This document shows, in pieces, positions 1 to 9,757 of a stretch of 64,000 nucleotides of DNA. The stretch lies in contig JBAZUI010000002.1 of NCBI GenBank assembly GCA_041661425.1, forward strand, positions 38 to 64,037, in the 5' to 3' direction. How positions within the stretch are numbered: position 1 is the first letter of the stretch; each line of letters opens with the position of its first letter. Made by a program: the position numbers and the translations under genes. The stretch comes from Patescibacteria group bacterium (lineage in GTDB: Bacteria > Patescibacteriota > Patescibacteriia > UBA9934). Below the pieces are notes generated by a model. It was given only the letters and a program-made list of their open reading frames with translations, did not search any database and had not been told where the DNA came from.

Positions 1-1463
1 TCAAGAAGATTGGCGCTCAATGCTTTTGTTGTGGTGTATGTTGCCGAATGATCAACCTGGATAAGATCACCGTTTGTCAGAACTGATGATGTTGATTGTA
101 GGTCAATAGCATGTCCTGAGGTAAGCCCATCCGCACTCAAGGCAAAAAGGTTACCAATCGTTGTTCCATCCGCATTAACGACCACAGAATCCGCTGTTGT
201 TGCCGCACTGTCAACTTGTATCGAAGGACCACCGATTGCTTCCGAATCAATGGCAAGAGCCGCGCCAGTAGAGCCTGCGGAATTTTGATCCAGAAATAAG
301 ATATTCGCCGTATCGACAATTGAGCCCGCCAAAGCCGTTGTTGAACTTGAGAGTGTCGCAAGCGCTCCACTGAGGCCAAGAATATTTCCCCCACTATTCA
401 TGGTTAAGTCGCGTGACAAATCAAGAAGATTACCACTCAATCCTTTTGTAGAGACATAGGTCGCTGTATGATCCACCTGGATGAGATCGCCGCCTGTAAG
501 AACCGGGGAGGTTGATTGCATATCAATTCCGTTTCCCCATGTCAGGGCATCGACACTTAAAGCGAGGAGATTCCCGGTATTTGTTGAATCCGCTGTCACA
601 TCAATCGTATTTCCTGATGTTGAAGCGCTCGCAACTAGGATCGAAGCGGCCGTGGTTGCTTCGGAATCAATGCTCAGTGAATTCCCATTTCCGTGTTGAT
701 CGATAAATAACGATCGACCATCTCCGGCATTTTCTAAAACAAGCGTATCGACATCACCGCTTACATCGTTATTATCAATAACAAATGCATCATAAGCCGC
801 ATTGATTCCATCAACCGCAACAACGAACTCAAGGCCATTATGTGTTCCGGATCCATTATCATCAAGGGCGACTATAGCGGCACCCGTCTCGTAATTATCA
901 TACGCATCATTGAGGTCGATATCGGTAAGGAGAGCAAATTCACTCGAGTCCAACCCGTCTAGCATATCCGCATTCAACGCATATGGCGCCGCAACCATGA
1001 GTCGGCGAGGAGTTAATGTTTCGCCGGCAACAACCACCTCAAGATAGACCGCCGCATGCTCTCCGAAGACCGTATCGCTAATGGCGGCGTAGGAAGCTCC
1101 GGTATCTCCTAAATTTTCAGAGAATAATCCATCAGTCAACGTAACGCTTCGAGCAAGTGCCGATGCGCACGTTGCAGAAGAATTTGACCAAAGACAGCTT
1201 CCTCCGGTAAGTGCATCATAGAGTTTAAAAGAGATATTGATAGTCGCGTCCGTCAATGGAACACCGTTCGCGTTCAAGAGTCTCCCTTGATATCCAATGA
1301 TGTTATTTGGACTCGCTCCTGCGGCATTTGCTTGAAAGACTTGAAGCCCCGTCACCCCAAAAATAAAAGCAAAAACAAAAAACAGAACGAATAATTTCGT
1401 TATCTTTTTGAGCGGATTCAAGAAAAATTCCTCATGCTTCATACCGCAAGAGGTGGATTCCAT
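1..1463 (-). CDS. Large secreted repeat protein, 5'-partial in window (ORF runs off the left edge). Start ATG is the revcomp of 1461-1463; N-terminal signal/TM is 'ITKLFVLFFVFAFIFGVTGLQVFQA'.
   Basis: My own minus-strand translation; open frame with no stop from 1463 to the window edge. Internal ~140-aa protein repeats (GDLIQVDH[TS]ATY..TK.LS.NLL) and a matching ~420-bp DNA repeat (1-110 vs 421-530). Confidence 0.55.
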   Translation of the reverse strand, partial: MESTSCGMKHEEFFLNPLKKITKLFVLFFVFAFIFGVTGLQVFQANAAGASPNNIIGYQGRLLNANGVPLTDATINISFKLYDALTGGSCLWSNSSATCASALARSVTLTDGLFSENLGDTGASYAAISDTVFGEHAAVYLEVVVAGETLTPRRLMVAAPYALNADMLDGLDSSEFALLTDIDLNDAYDNYETGAAIVALDDNGSGTHNGLEFVVAVDGINAAYDAFVIDNNDVSGDVDTLVLENAGDGRSLFIDQHGNGNSLSIDSEATTAASILVASASTSGNTIDVTADSTNTGNLLALSVDALTWGNGIDMQSTSPVLTGGDLIQVDHTATYVSTKGLSGNLLDLSRDLTMNSGGNILGLSGALATLSSSTTALAGSIVDTANILFLDQNSAGSTGAALAIDSEAIGGPSIQVDSAATTADSVVVNADGTTIGNLFALSADGLTSGHAIDLQSTSSVLTNGDLIQVDHSATYTTTKALSANLL

Positions 1464-1500
1464 AAAAATTCACCTCCCACGATATGAATATCATTCATCA

Positions 1501-4500
1501 TTATACCTGGCGAGCTAGGGGGACATCAACAGAGATGGGGGTAAGTTCTTTTTTATTTCGATAATCAATCGGGCGTACTTCCCGCGGTTCATATCCCGTC
1601 TTCTCGAATGTGGCGTAATATTCATTCGGACCCACTAAAAATGTATACCGTCCCTCCCGATCCGTTATCGCGGTTTCAAGTAATTTATGATACTTTGGCT
1701 CAAATAATCGAACAATGGTATTTGCAAGAGGCGAACGAGTCTTTGCTTCGTACACAATCCCCCATCCTTTTTTCTTTTTTGGACGAATGAGAAGCCGAGT
1801 CATCAGATAAATAATCGCTTGAACTCCAAGCATGCAGTAGGAAAAAGTCGATGGTTGAATAATCACAACATAAAATGCGAGGATGATTCCCGTAAGAGCC
1901 AATATGTTCTGAAACACTCTTATCATTTTTTCGTAACGAATTCTCTTCACGACCTTCGCCCCCTCCTCGCTTACAGGATCAACCGGGATGTTCGCGGCAA
2001 TAACTGCCTGTCTGTCAGTCACCTGTAAGTACCCTTCTGTATAAAGATCAAGGTACTTCCCATCAGCTTTTTGACCCGAAAGATACCCACTTGGGAAAGT
2101 GAAACCTTGTTTTGTCACCCGAATGAAGTATTTTCCCTCATCGACCTTAAAGAAGTAGCGGCCTAAAGAATCAGTCACCATTGTTCGAACGAGTTTTCCA
2201 TTTTCCCCGTATAATCGAACCACCGCTAAATCGATCGGTACTTTTGTGACCGCGTTATAAATAATGCCAAAATTCTGACGTCGTCGACGGGCAAAGAAAA
2301 GAATTGGAGCGGTAAACAAATACTGAAGAATCGCGAAGATATTAAAGGAGGTTGCAAGGACTGCTGCGCTCGAAACAGCTGTCGCAATAACGATTGGGGC
2401 GGCAATATCCGCCACAGTCTGAACTTCCGCAATTCCACGGACGTCCGAAATAACCGCTGAAATCGCGACATAAGTATTCCCAGCGACTTCTGAAATGATA
2501 TCTGTCGGCTCTTCGACAATAATCGGTTCTTCATTTCGTCTCATTTCAATAACTGGAGCAAGAATTTGATTAGAAACAACAAATGCAAGCTCCTCTGTTT
2601 CATGTCCGTTTTTTTCAATCCGTACAAGATAAATCCCGTTTGGGGCATACCAGCCAACCGCCCCATCATTGCCGGTTGTCATGGGATTATTTTGACCATT
2701 CCACAAAGATCCCGACTGCAAAACAGTGACGACGACCCCGGAAACAGGAATATTTTGACCGTCGATTACCTCATAAATCAAACCATACGATTGCGGAGCG
2801 AGTCCAACACTCGTTCGTGTGCTTCCATCACGAAAACGGACCTCGACGATAATCGTATTGACGCCTCCTGGAATAGGAGCGGAAACAAAGTAGACTCCAT
2901 CAGTGACCTCGGATGGAAAATAGTCCTGATTACCAATAATCACCGTCACATCAGTGACTTCATCGTTATCCGGAACCTCTGTTCGAATAAGAACTGGAAT
3001 GCCGGGTAAAACCGACACCCCATCTTCCCCGCCGATTTCAACAGAACCATCGGAAGAAGTAACCGTGACATCAACCTCATACGCAACACCCGTTGTCTCG
3101 GTTGTTGTTTCTGGTGCTGCTCCTGGCGTCGAGGGTGTTTCCTCCGTTGCTCCAGGCTCTTCACCAGGTTCTTCACCGGTTTCCTCACCTGGCTCTTCTA
3201 CCGGAGGAATAATCGGCGGTTCAGTCGGCGGCTCAACCGGAGGTTCCTCGGGCGGCAATTCTTCCTCTAGCTCCTCTTCTTCGATGATTTCTGTTGTCTC
3301 AATGGTAAATGGGGCATTCGATACATCGGAGGAGATCGCTGTATCAGCAGAGAGGCCTTCAATTTTGATAAGAACATTCGTACTTTCCAATGATGGAAGT
3401 GTCCATTGATAGGCTCCATCGTTTGTTTCGCTTGATGCAATTGAGGTATAGCTACCCCCACCGTTTAATGAATAAAACAAATTTATCGCTGTGATCATGG
3501 ATCCGGACGTCCAGGTAATAACATGCGAGGAGCTCGGCTCATACACTTCCCCGCCATTTGGACCCGTGACTGTTACAAGATAATCAGCACCGATCGATGA
3601 TCCGATAATCGTAAAATTTGCATCCGAACTATCGGTTGTAAGAATCGTGGAAGCGTCCATCCCATTGATTTTCACGCGAGCGCGCGTTGTTGTGACGTCT
3701 GGGACGAGCCAAGTGTAGGTGCCGTCATTTGATTCGCTCGCGACAATGCCTGCGTAGCTGGCTCCGCCGTCAATCGAATAGTACAAATCAACTAAACCGG
3801 CGGCCTCACCATGCGACCAAAGAATGCTTGCAAAATCCGAGCCGTCGAGGACCTCACCGCCATTTGGCGCATCGAGTACGATGGAATATTCGGGAGACGG
3901 ATCGCCTTCTGGACCTCCGCCACTCCCTCCAGGAACTAAGGTTGGAACACTCGCTGCAACATTTCCGCCTTCACGACTCACGATAGGAACGGGAATCGAA
4001 CCCCGATCATCGAAGCTTGGTCCAAAATTTCCACCGAGAGCCAAAAAATAGGTTGCAACAGAACCTGGATTCGTGACTTGATTTGCCCCAATACCACTCG
4101 CTGATGCATTCGTTCCAATTTCAATAATCACCGTGCTTGCCGCTGTAATCGCCCCTCCATCGCCGGCACAAATCGAGATAGTCAGAACGTCCGTGACCAT
4201 TGTTACCGAAGCCTGCTCCGTTCCGGTACAATCAGCTGCAGTCGTGAGATCGACACTATCATCTGAAATATCAACATCATCTTCCGTTATACTAGTAGTC
4301 GTAAAACTACTGGGAAACGTTACAAGTATCTCTCGCCCCTCATCGATATCGCTTGCAGTCACAAAAAGAATTCGATGATTTGAAGGCGCGGAAGTCAAGA
4401 GTGTTGAGGGTTGGTCATAAACACTCGTCACCGTTGCAGAGAAAACAATCGAGGGGAAAAGCCAAAAAAATCCAATCGCAACAACGATGGTTTTCCAAAA

Positions 4501-4599
4501 ACGACGAACTCGATTCATCTCCATATTCTCGACCGTGCAAAGAAGAAGACGGCGAGCGCCAAAGAAGTCAAAAAGCCAAGAACGAGAGCGAGTCGCCAT
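1501..4599 (-). CDS. Very large (about 1000 aa) cell-surface protein. Signal peptide, repeated Ig-like modules (SIVLDAPNGGEV.., YLVTVTGPNGGEV..), a Glu/Pro-rich linker, TM segments and two CarboxypepD_reg-like beta-sandwich modules (GRYFF / GRYTF).
   Basis: ORF track plus motif reading. The true start is probably the internal Met at MEMNRVRRFWKTIVVAIGFFW (signal peptide). Confidence 0.6.
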   Translation of the reverse strand: MATRSRSWLFDFFGARRLLLCTVENMEMNRVRRFWKTIVVAIGFFWLFPSIVFSATVTSVYDQPSTLLTSAPSNHRILFVTASDIDEGREILVTFPSSFTTTSITEDDVDISDDSVDLTTAADCTGTEQASVTMVTDVLTISICAGDGGAITAASTVIIEIGTNASASGIGANQVTNPGSVATYFLALGGNFGPSFDDRGSIPVPIVSREGGNVAASVPTLVPGGSGGGPEGDPSPEYSIVLDAPNGGEVLDGSDFASILWSHGEAAGLVDLYYSIDGGASYAGIVASESNDGTYTWLVPDVTTTRARVKINGMDASTILTTDSSDANFTIIGSSIGADYLVTVTGPNGGEVYEPSSSHVITWTSGSMITAINLFYSLNGGGSYTSIASSETNDGAYQWTLPSLESTNVLIKIEGLSADTAISSDVSNAPFTIETTEIIEEEELEEELPPEEPPVEPPTEPPIIPPVEEPGEETGEEPGEEPGATEETPSTPGAAPETTTETTGVAYEVDVTVTSSDGSVEIGGEDGVSVLPGIPVLIRTEVPDNDEVTDVTVIIGNQDYFPSEVTDGVYFVSAPIPGGVNTIIVEVRFRDGSTRTSVGLAPQSYGLIYEVIDGQNIPVSGVVVTVLQSGSLWNGQNNPMTTGNDGAVGWYAPNGIYLVRIEKNGHETEELAFVVSNQILAPVIEMRRNEEPIIVEEPTDIISEVAGNTYVAISAVISDVRGIAEVQTVADIAAPIVIATAVSSAAVLATSFNIFAILQYLFTAPILFFARRRRQNFGIIYNAVTKVPIDLAVVRLYGENGKLVRTMVTDSLGRYFFKVDEGKYFIRVTKQGFTFPSGYLSGQKADGKYLDLYTEGYLQVTDRQAVIAANIPVDPVSEEGAKVVKRIRYEKMIRVFQNILALTGIILAFYVVIIQPSTFSYCMLGVQAIIYLMTRLLIRPKKKKGWGIVYEAKTRSPLANTIVRLFEPKYHKLLETAITDREGRYTFLVGPNEYYATFEKTGYEPREVRPIDYRNKKELTPISVDVPLARQV

Positions 4600-5486
4600 G
4601 GGAAAACAACAATCCAGAATGGCGGAGGCGAAACGCTCGTATCTTCAAATGGTAGAATCACGGATTCGATTTTGAAAATACCGATGGTAAAATGTTTCAT
4701 TTCCTCCAAAATTTCCTGCAGAAAACCTTCTTCGTAATCGTTATTGCCCCACAAGACTGATAATGTTCTTGTCTGGCCGGGAAGAATTCTCTGCGAGGAT
4801 TCGTTGAAGGTCAAAACATTTACAATGGATCCAAAAAGATTTCGAATCGTGATGGCGCCACTTGGCTGACTCATGCGCTGACCATCATTCTCTATTGTAG
4901 CAGAAAACTCAATTGGGAGATGTGCAAAAAATTCTTTTGTTGCTGAAAAATTCGAAATATCAGCGTGAGTCTCCATTTTGCCTTCAACGGTAAGGAAAAG
5001 TAAAGACACGGCGCCGTAGTTCACTGAAATGTTTGTTGGATTCCCCGCTTCCTCAAGCGCCTGAATACCAAATACATAACTACCGGGCCTTAAATCACTC
5101 GGGACATTGATATTCACAAGTAAGGAACGATTTTCTTTCGGAGCAAGCGAGACATTAGTTACCTCAGGAACGATCCATTGAGCGCCAATTTTCGTGGAAA
5201 GAAAAACAATATCCTGTGAATCCGAATCAACACTGGCATCCAGTACTTTAATCGAATAATTGTTTGAAAATTCACTACTATTCTCGATCAGAATCTCAAA
5301 AGAAAACGAAAATCCTTGTGACAATGAGATGTCGATATTCTCTGGCGCCAAAAGCATGGCAAAAGCCTGAGAATACCCTAAAAACAAAAAAAGACCTGCA
5401 AAAACGAGGCTTTTAGTAATCACCCACATAAAGGAACGAGAGACTCTGTGAGTAATTCGCGGATGCCTGTGCTGTCTCGACTCCAA
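4515..5486 (-). CDS. Putative cell-surface protein with an N-terminal signal peptide and a C-terminal TM anchor plus basic tail (DUF916/DUF3324-like architecture).
   Basis: Signal peptide LVFAGLFLFLGYSQAFA; C-terminal TM LALVLGFLTSLALAVFFFARSRIWR; ends in TGA. Confidence 0.45.
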   Translation of the reverse strand: MESRQHRHPRITHRVSRSFMWVITKSLVFAGLFLFLGYSQAFAMLLAPENIDISLSQGFSFSFEILIENSSEFSNNYSIKVLDASVDSDSQDIVFLSTKIGAQWIVPEVTNVSLAPKENRSLLVNINVPSDLRPGSYVFGIQALEEAGNPTNISVNYGAVSLLFLTVEGKMETHADISNFSATKEFFAHLPIEFSATIENDGQRMSQPSGAITIRNLFGSIVNVLTFNESSQRILPGQTRTLSVLWGNNDYEEGFLQEILEEMKHFTIGIFKIESVILPFEDTSVSPPPFWIVVFPWRLALVLGFLTSLALAVFFFARSRIWR

Positions 5487-6342
5487 CCTTCAGGGTTAGA
5501 AAATCACGTGATGAAAAACTCATGGCGCTTCGGCTGCTCACTTGTTGCGGAGATAATGTGATCCCCGTATCTGCCGTATCAAACGTCGAAGCGGACAGTG
5601 TCGTGTCCGATGAGCGAGCACCGTATTCAGAGGCACCGGTTGATACCGTCCCATCGGCAACATCAGGGATCGTGTACAAAGCACCTGCATCCCGTAGTTC
5701 CCCATCTTCCGTCACATAGACGCTGTAGCCATGGTCATCTTCAACGCTAACTTCCCAGGCAATTATTCCCGTTGCCGTCGACATATTTGAAAGCGTCCCA
5801 AATGAAACTGACGATGCATCGAGAACATAGGCATAATCCGTCGATCCATCGATAACAGGAGCGACTCCACTATTGGTCCAGGCGTCAACAGTAATGTCAT
5901 TCCCTGCAATTAAGATGATTTTCCCAATAGCGGATATCTGCGATTCACCGCTATCCTGAACAATCGCCATCATATCATCAACTGAAAATCCGCTTGCGCT
6001 CGTGACCGTTACCGTATTACTGCTAAGCGTTGTTGCCGCCACTTCAGAACTCCGATCTTGAATGTATACAATAAAATCAGCGACGCGATCATAAATACCC
6101 GCTCGAAAACCCGGAGTTAACTCGTATGTCGCTGAGGACGACGATAAGAGAGACGATGTACTTGCCGTATCACGAAGTTGATAAGAAGCCGATGACCCGG
6201 TATTACCACCGCCAAATGAAATATCATCAAAACGAATAATATAGTTCGTCGAAGTCATTTCGGCATGAGCAATTGTCGAGCCAAGAAGGCCTATGAGACA
6301 AAAAAAGACGAGTACAGGACCCACTACTTTCATACATTGCAA
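5413..6342 (-). CDS. Secreted Ser/Thr-rich hypothetical protein with a signal peptide.
   Basis: N-terminus MKVVGPVLVFFCLIGLLGSTIAHA; low-complexity S/T-rich sequence. Confidence 0.45.
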   Translation of the reverse strand: MQCMKVVGPVLVFFCLIGLLGSTIAHAEMTSTNYIIRFDDISFGGGNTGSSASYQLRDTASTSSLLSSSSATYELTPGFRAGIYDRVADFIVYIQDRSSEVAATTLSSNTVTVTSASGFSVDDMMAIVQDSGESQISAIGKIILIAGNDITVDAWTNSGVAPVIDGSTDYAYVLDASSVSFGTLSNMSTATGIIAWEVSVEDDHGYSVYVTEDGELRDAGALYTIPDVADGTVSTGASEYGARSSDTTLSASTFDTADTGITLSPQQVSSRSAMSFSSRDFLTLKVGVETAQASANYSQSLSFLYVGDY

Positions 6343-6547
6343 TTATATGACGAACAAATCATGTAGTCAAAAAGAAATATTGCTCATTTTAGCCAAATTT
6401 CAATCTTTTTTCTCGATGCTCCTGTGGATAACATATGGAAAACCTGGGATTTCTCCCGTTACTTGTGGATAAGTCTGAAAAATCTAGCTTCGTTTTTGTC
6501 TACTCTAGCGTAGACAAAAAAACGTTACATTATGAAAAAATAAGATC

Positions 6548-6838
6548 CTATAAATCTTGAATTTTTTTGTTTTTGCTAACCCAAAATCTTTTAAAAATTG
6601 GTAAAGTCAGGGTTGACAGAAGGAATCCAACTGTCGGAACGACTGCATTTATAAACGCGCGATCAATCCCTATTGCGATAAAATAAACAAAAATCGCTAT
6701 AAAGGTAAATATCATTAGTAGAATCTTTCGAGTGAAGCTCCCCTCCCATCTCTTATCTAGTTCAACTCTTTTATTCCGACTCTCAATCTTACTGATTCGT
6801 TTTTCAAGTTCCTGAAGCTTATCCATAAACAATTTCAA
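6548..6838 (-). CDS. Small membrane protein (N-terminal coiled coil plus 2 TM).
   Basis: ORF track; hydrophobic segments. Confidence 0.4.
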   Translation of the reverse strand: MKLFMDKLQELEKRISKIESRNKRVELDKRWEGSFTRKILLMIFTFIAIFVYFIAIGIDRAFINAVVPTVGFLLSTLTLPIFKRFWVSKNKKIQDL

Positions 6839-6987
6839 ATATTCTCTGATGGACCTAGATGGCGGAGTTTATCCACCAAAGCTCTAAAGGAGCGAAGGAG
6901 GAGCGTTCGAATCCTTCGCAAGCCAAATGGTTGGCTTGCTATAAAATACCAACCCACAAGGTTCCAATGATTTGAAACATTCTGGGT

Positions 6988-7064
6988 TGGTGGACCTAGG
7001 CGGATTCGAACCGCCGACCTGTGCAATGCGAATGCACCGCTCTAGCCAACTGAGCTATAGGCCC
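6988..7064 (-). tRNA. tRNA-Ala (anticodon CGC)
   Basis: The revcomp folds as a cloverleaf: GGGCCTA acceptor with G3:U70, T-loop TTCGAAT, anticodon loop TTCGCAT, CCA encoded. Confidence 0.85.
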
Positions 7065-7070
7065 ATATTC

Positions 7071-7147
7071 TGGTGACCCCGGCAGGATTTGAACCTGCAA
7101 TCTTATCCTTAGGACGGATCTGCTTAATCCAATTAAGCTACGGGGTC
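7071..7147 (-). tRNA. tRNA-Arg (anticodon CCT)
   Basis: The revcomp GACCCCG...CGGGGTCACCA folds as a cloverleaf; anticodon loop GTCCTAA; G27-A43 mismatch at the top of the anticodon stem. Confidence 0.75.
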
Positions 7148-7211
7148 TCGACCCGTTCCATGTGGAGTCACCTAGTCTCTCCTGGAACCTGAGTGTCGTA
7201 AAATACTCATT

Positions 7212-8390
7212 TTGACTCTCCCATTAGTGTATCGAAAAAAAACGCATGTGTCCAGTAAACAAAAAAATATGATACAATCAGCCTTACTTATGGAAACGTA
7301 TATCATACTTTTACTCTGCGCCATTCTTGGACTTTGTATTTGGCTCATATTTGCACGGAACAATAAAAATGACTCGCAAAACATCCTCATTGAGATGAAA
7401 CGCATGCAGGACGAGATGAACCGGATGACGTTCGAGCAGAGGCAGGAGTTGCAGACTCGTCTTGATCGTGTAAACGACTCTGTCAATCGAGGAATGACAT
7501 CATCGCACGATGCCATTCAAAAGCAATTCAGTGAAACAACAAAAGTCATTCAGGACATCACACAGAAAATGACAGAAATCAACTCTACAAATAAACAGGT
7601 TCTCGATTTTTCAAGCCAGTTGCAAAATCTACAGGAAATTTTTAAAAGTCCAAAACAACGTGGGGTGGTTGGTGAATATTTTCTCGAGACCCTATTATCG
7701 AATGTCCTGCCAAAGGATAGCTTTAGCATGCAGTATCCATTGGGAGTCGATGAAAAAACAAATCAAAAGCTCATTGCTGATGCTGTTATTTTTATCCGAG
7801 GCCTTATTATTCCAATCGACTCGAAATTCTCGCTTGAGAATTACAATCGCATGATGGGGGAGACAGATGCAATCCAAAAGGAAAAAAACGAAAAGCTCTT
7901 TAAAGCGGACGTAAAAAATCGAATTGACGAAACAGCAAAATACATTCAAGTTCAAAAAAATACCATGAATTTTGCCTTCATGTTCATTCCAGCAGAAGGC
8001 GTCTACTATAATCTCATGAATGCAGAGGTTGGTTCTGGAGTGAATAGTCGAAATCTCGTTGAATACGCATTTCAACAGCATGTCATGATCGTCTCTCCAA
8101 CCTCGTTTTATGCCTATTTGCAAACGGTTTTGCTTGGATTGCGGGAATTGCAACTTGAAAAATCAACACAGGAGATTCTCCGCCGGGTGAGTGAATTTAA
8201 AAAACACATGCAAGCATATGCCGATGTCCACGATCGGCTTGGCAGAAATCTTGATACCGTTGTCAATCAATACAATCAATCCAATAAAGAGCTTGGAAAG
8301 CTCAGTCGTGACGTTGTGAAAATTTCGGATGGTAACCTTGATGAGATTATTGAAATCGATGACGTGACGAAAACAATTTCCGATACGTAA
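7212..8390 (+). CDS. rmuC: DNA recombination protein RmuC
   Basis: N-terminal TM, coiled coil and RmuC motifs (VVGEYFLETLL..., IPIDSKFSLENY, MIVSPTSFYAYL). A TGaTACAAT extended -10 at about 7262-7272 suggests the real start is Met at 7269 or 7290. Confidence 0.85.
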   Translation: MTLPLVYRKKTHVSSKQKNMIQSALLMETYIILLLCAILGLCIWLIFARNNKNDSQNILIEMKRMQDEMNRMTFEQRQELQTRLDRVNDSVNRGMTSSHDAIQKQFSETTKVIQDITQKMTEINSTNKQVLDFSSQLQNLQEIFKSPKQRGVVGEYFLETLLSNVLPKDSFSMQYPLGVDEKTNQKLIADAVIFIRGLIIPIDSKFSLENYNRMMGETDAIQKEKNEKLFKADVKNRIDETAKYIQVQKNTMNFAFMFIPAEGVYYNLMNAEVGSGVNSRNLVEYAFQQHVMIVSPTSFYAYLQTVLLGLRELQLEKSTQEILRRVSEFKKHMQAYADVHDRLGRNLDTVVNQYNQSNKELGKLSRDVVKISDGNLDEIIEIDDVTKTISDT

Positions 8391-8392
8391 AA

Positions 8393-8415
8393 TCGGGCTT
8401 TTAGCCCGATTTCTT
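8393..8415. terminator. Bidirectional intrinsic terminator (aaatcgggc-tttta-gcccgattt) between rmuC and rpsT
   Basis: Perfect 9-bp stem flanked by A and T runs. Confidence 0.6.
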
Positions 8416-8673
8416 CTACTTATTGAGAAGTGATTGCATACGCGATTTGATTCGCGCCGCCGAATTCTTTTTAAGAATTCCTTGAGTAACAGCCTTGTCG
8501 GCTTTTTTGTAAATCTCTGGAATCATCTTCTTGGCCTCATCGAGTTTCTTCGCACTTGTAAGTAATCGAAATTGACGTCGAAGCGAATGAAGTTCCGAGA
8601 GTTTTGTCGCGTTACGTGTTGCACGTCGTACACTTTGTCGAAGTGCTTTTTTTGCATTGGCCAAATTTGGCAT
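8416..8673 (-). CDS. rpsT: 30S ribosomal protein S20
   Basis: MPNLANAKKALRQSVRRATRN... is a typical bS20 N-terminus; basic, 85 aa. Confidence 0.9.
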   Translation of the reverse strand: MPNLANAKKALRQSVRRATRNATKLSELHSLRRQFRLLTSAKKLDEAKKMIPEIYKKADKAVTQGILKKNSAARIKSRMQSLLNK

Positions 8674-8742
8674 AGATTTCGTTCGAGCGTGAACTAGAAA
8701 TAAATGGGACGCGTTGAATACTACGAGATTCTCGTGGTTTCG

Positions 8743-9714
8743 TCAAGCTTTTAGAATGTCAAAAACAATCTTTTCTACAAGAATATGGGGAAGGATTTTG
8801 CTTCGCTTCAGAAGATGATCATAGGTAAATATGCGTTGATAAAGCAAGAAAAGCTTGCTTCTGTCGAATTTCTTCACAAATGGAAGGGTTTTTTGCACCA
8901 CAAATGGCGGAATGGCAAGTGCACCGGCTATCTCTTGCGACCCCGCCCTAGGGTTCTTCTCGAGATAATCGGTCATCCCCAAAAGTAGCTTAATTTGCCG
9001 CATAAGCATCACCCACAAAAAATAGTCATCCGCATCGTGTTTTCTTTGTTCTTCTAGTAAAGTGAACGCTTTCTTTGTGTCTTTTGCCGTCAATGCATCA
9101 AGAAAAGGAAACATCGAATCATCAAAAGAATGCCGTAAAATACTTTCCAAATCTTGCATAACGCAAGCTCGACCAAGACAATAATCCGATAACTTCGTAA
9201 CTTCTTGATGAATAAGCCATGGATCATTCCCAAGTCGGTAGGAGAGCTCTGTAATGATTCGATGATCGCAGATCAATTGATGTTCTCTGGCTTCATTCGA
9301 TATCCAAGCGAATAACTGACTTGTTGAAAAATCCTCAAACGGATACAAAAAAACGTCCGGTCCTTGGCTGAATTGTTTTGCTAGTTCCTTTTTTAAAAAC
9401 TCTTTTTGCGAACAATCGTCGTAGAAAACCAAAATATGATCATTGTTTATTGACGATAGAACTTCCACCCACTTTTTCGAATCCTTCTTCGTAAGAGATG
9501 AGAGGAGATTTCGCAGAATAACAAGACGTCTCTCCGATAAAAACGGTGGGGAAGAGACTAAAATTGAAAAATCATCGACTTTTGAGGATTTATCATAACA
9601 AAAATCAATGATATTGATAGCTGATTTATCAAACCGATCAATAAATCTCAAGCGAATTTCCTTCAATTTTTGTGATGCGAGGAATGTATTCGAACCGAAA
9701 ACAAACAATTTCAT
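8743..9714 (-). CDS. holA: DNA polymerase III delta subunit
   Basis: Resembles HolA at the N-terminus (MKLFVFGSNTFL...PFLSERRLVILRN) and C-terminus; sits between rpsT and polA. Confidence 0.65.
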   Translation of the reverse strand: MKLFVFGSNTFLASQKLKEIRLRFIDRFDKSAINIIDFCYDKSSKVDDFSILVSSPPFLSERRLVILRNLLSSLTKKDSKKWVEVLSSINNDHILVFYDDCSQKEFLKKELAKQFSQGPDVFLYPFEDFSTSQLFAWISNEAREHQLICDHRIITELSYRLGNDPWLIHQEVTKLSDYCLGRACVMQDLESILRHSFDDSMFPFLDALTAKDTKKAFTLLEEQRKHDADDYFLWVMLMRQIKLLLGMTDYLEKNPRAGSQEIAGALAIPPFVVQKTLPFVKKFDRSKLFLLYQRIFTYDHLLKRSKILPHILVEKIVFDILKA

Positions 9715-9757
9715 ACCGACAACATCTTACCACGGCTTCAATACCTGACCAGAACAT

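Noticed and set aside
2226-4051. Many 60-150-aa ORFs on both strands inside the 1032-aa surface-protein gene, and similar ones inside polA and PBP1A
   Set aside because: They are nested in longer ORFs whose products carry recognisable domains and signal/TM features, and the short ORFs have no independent signals.
6850-6987. Possible extra tRNA left of tRNA-Ala (contains a GTTCGAATCC T-loop-like string)
   Set aside because: No acceptor or anticodon arms can be built. Instead it forms three simple hairpins (CGAAGG/CCTTCG, CAAGCCA/TGGCTTG, CCAACCCA/TGGGTTGG), probably terminator or processing structures or a tRNA remnant.
8785-8988. Plus-strand 67-aa ORF inside holA, and similar small ORFs inside conserved genes
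   Set aside because: They overlap well-supported genes on the opposite strand and have no features of their own.
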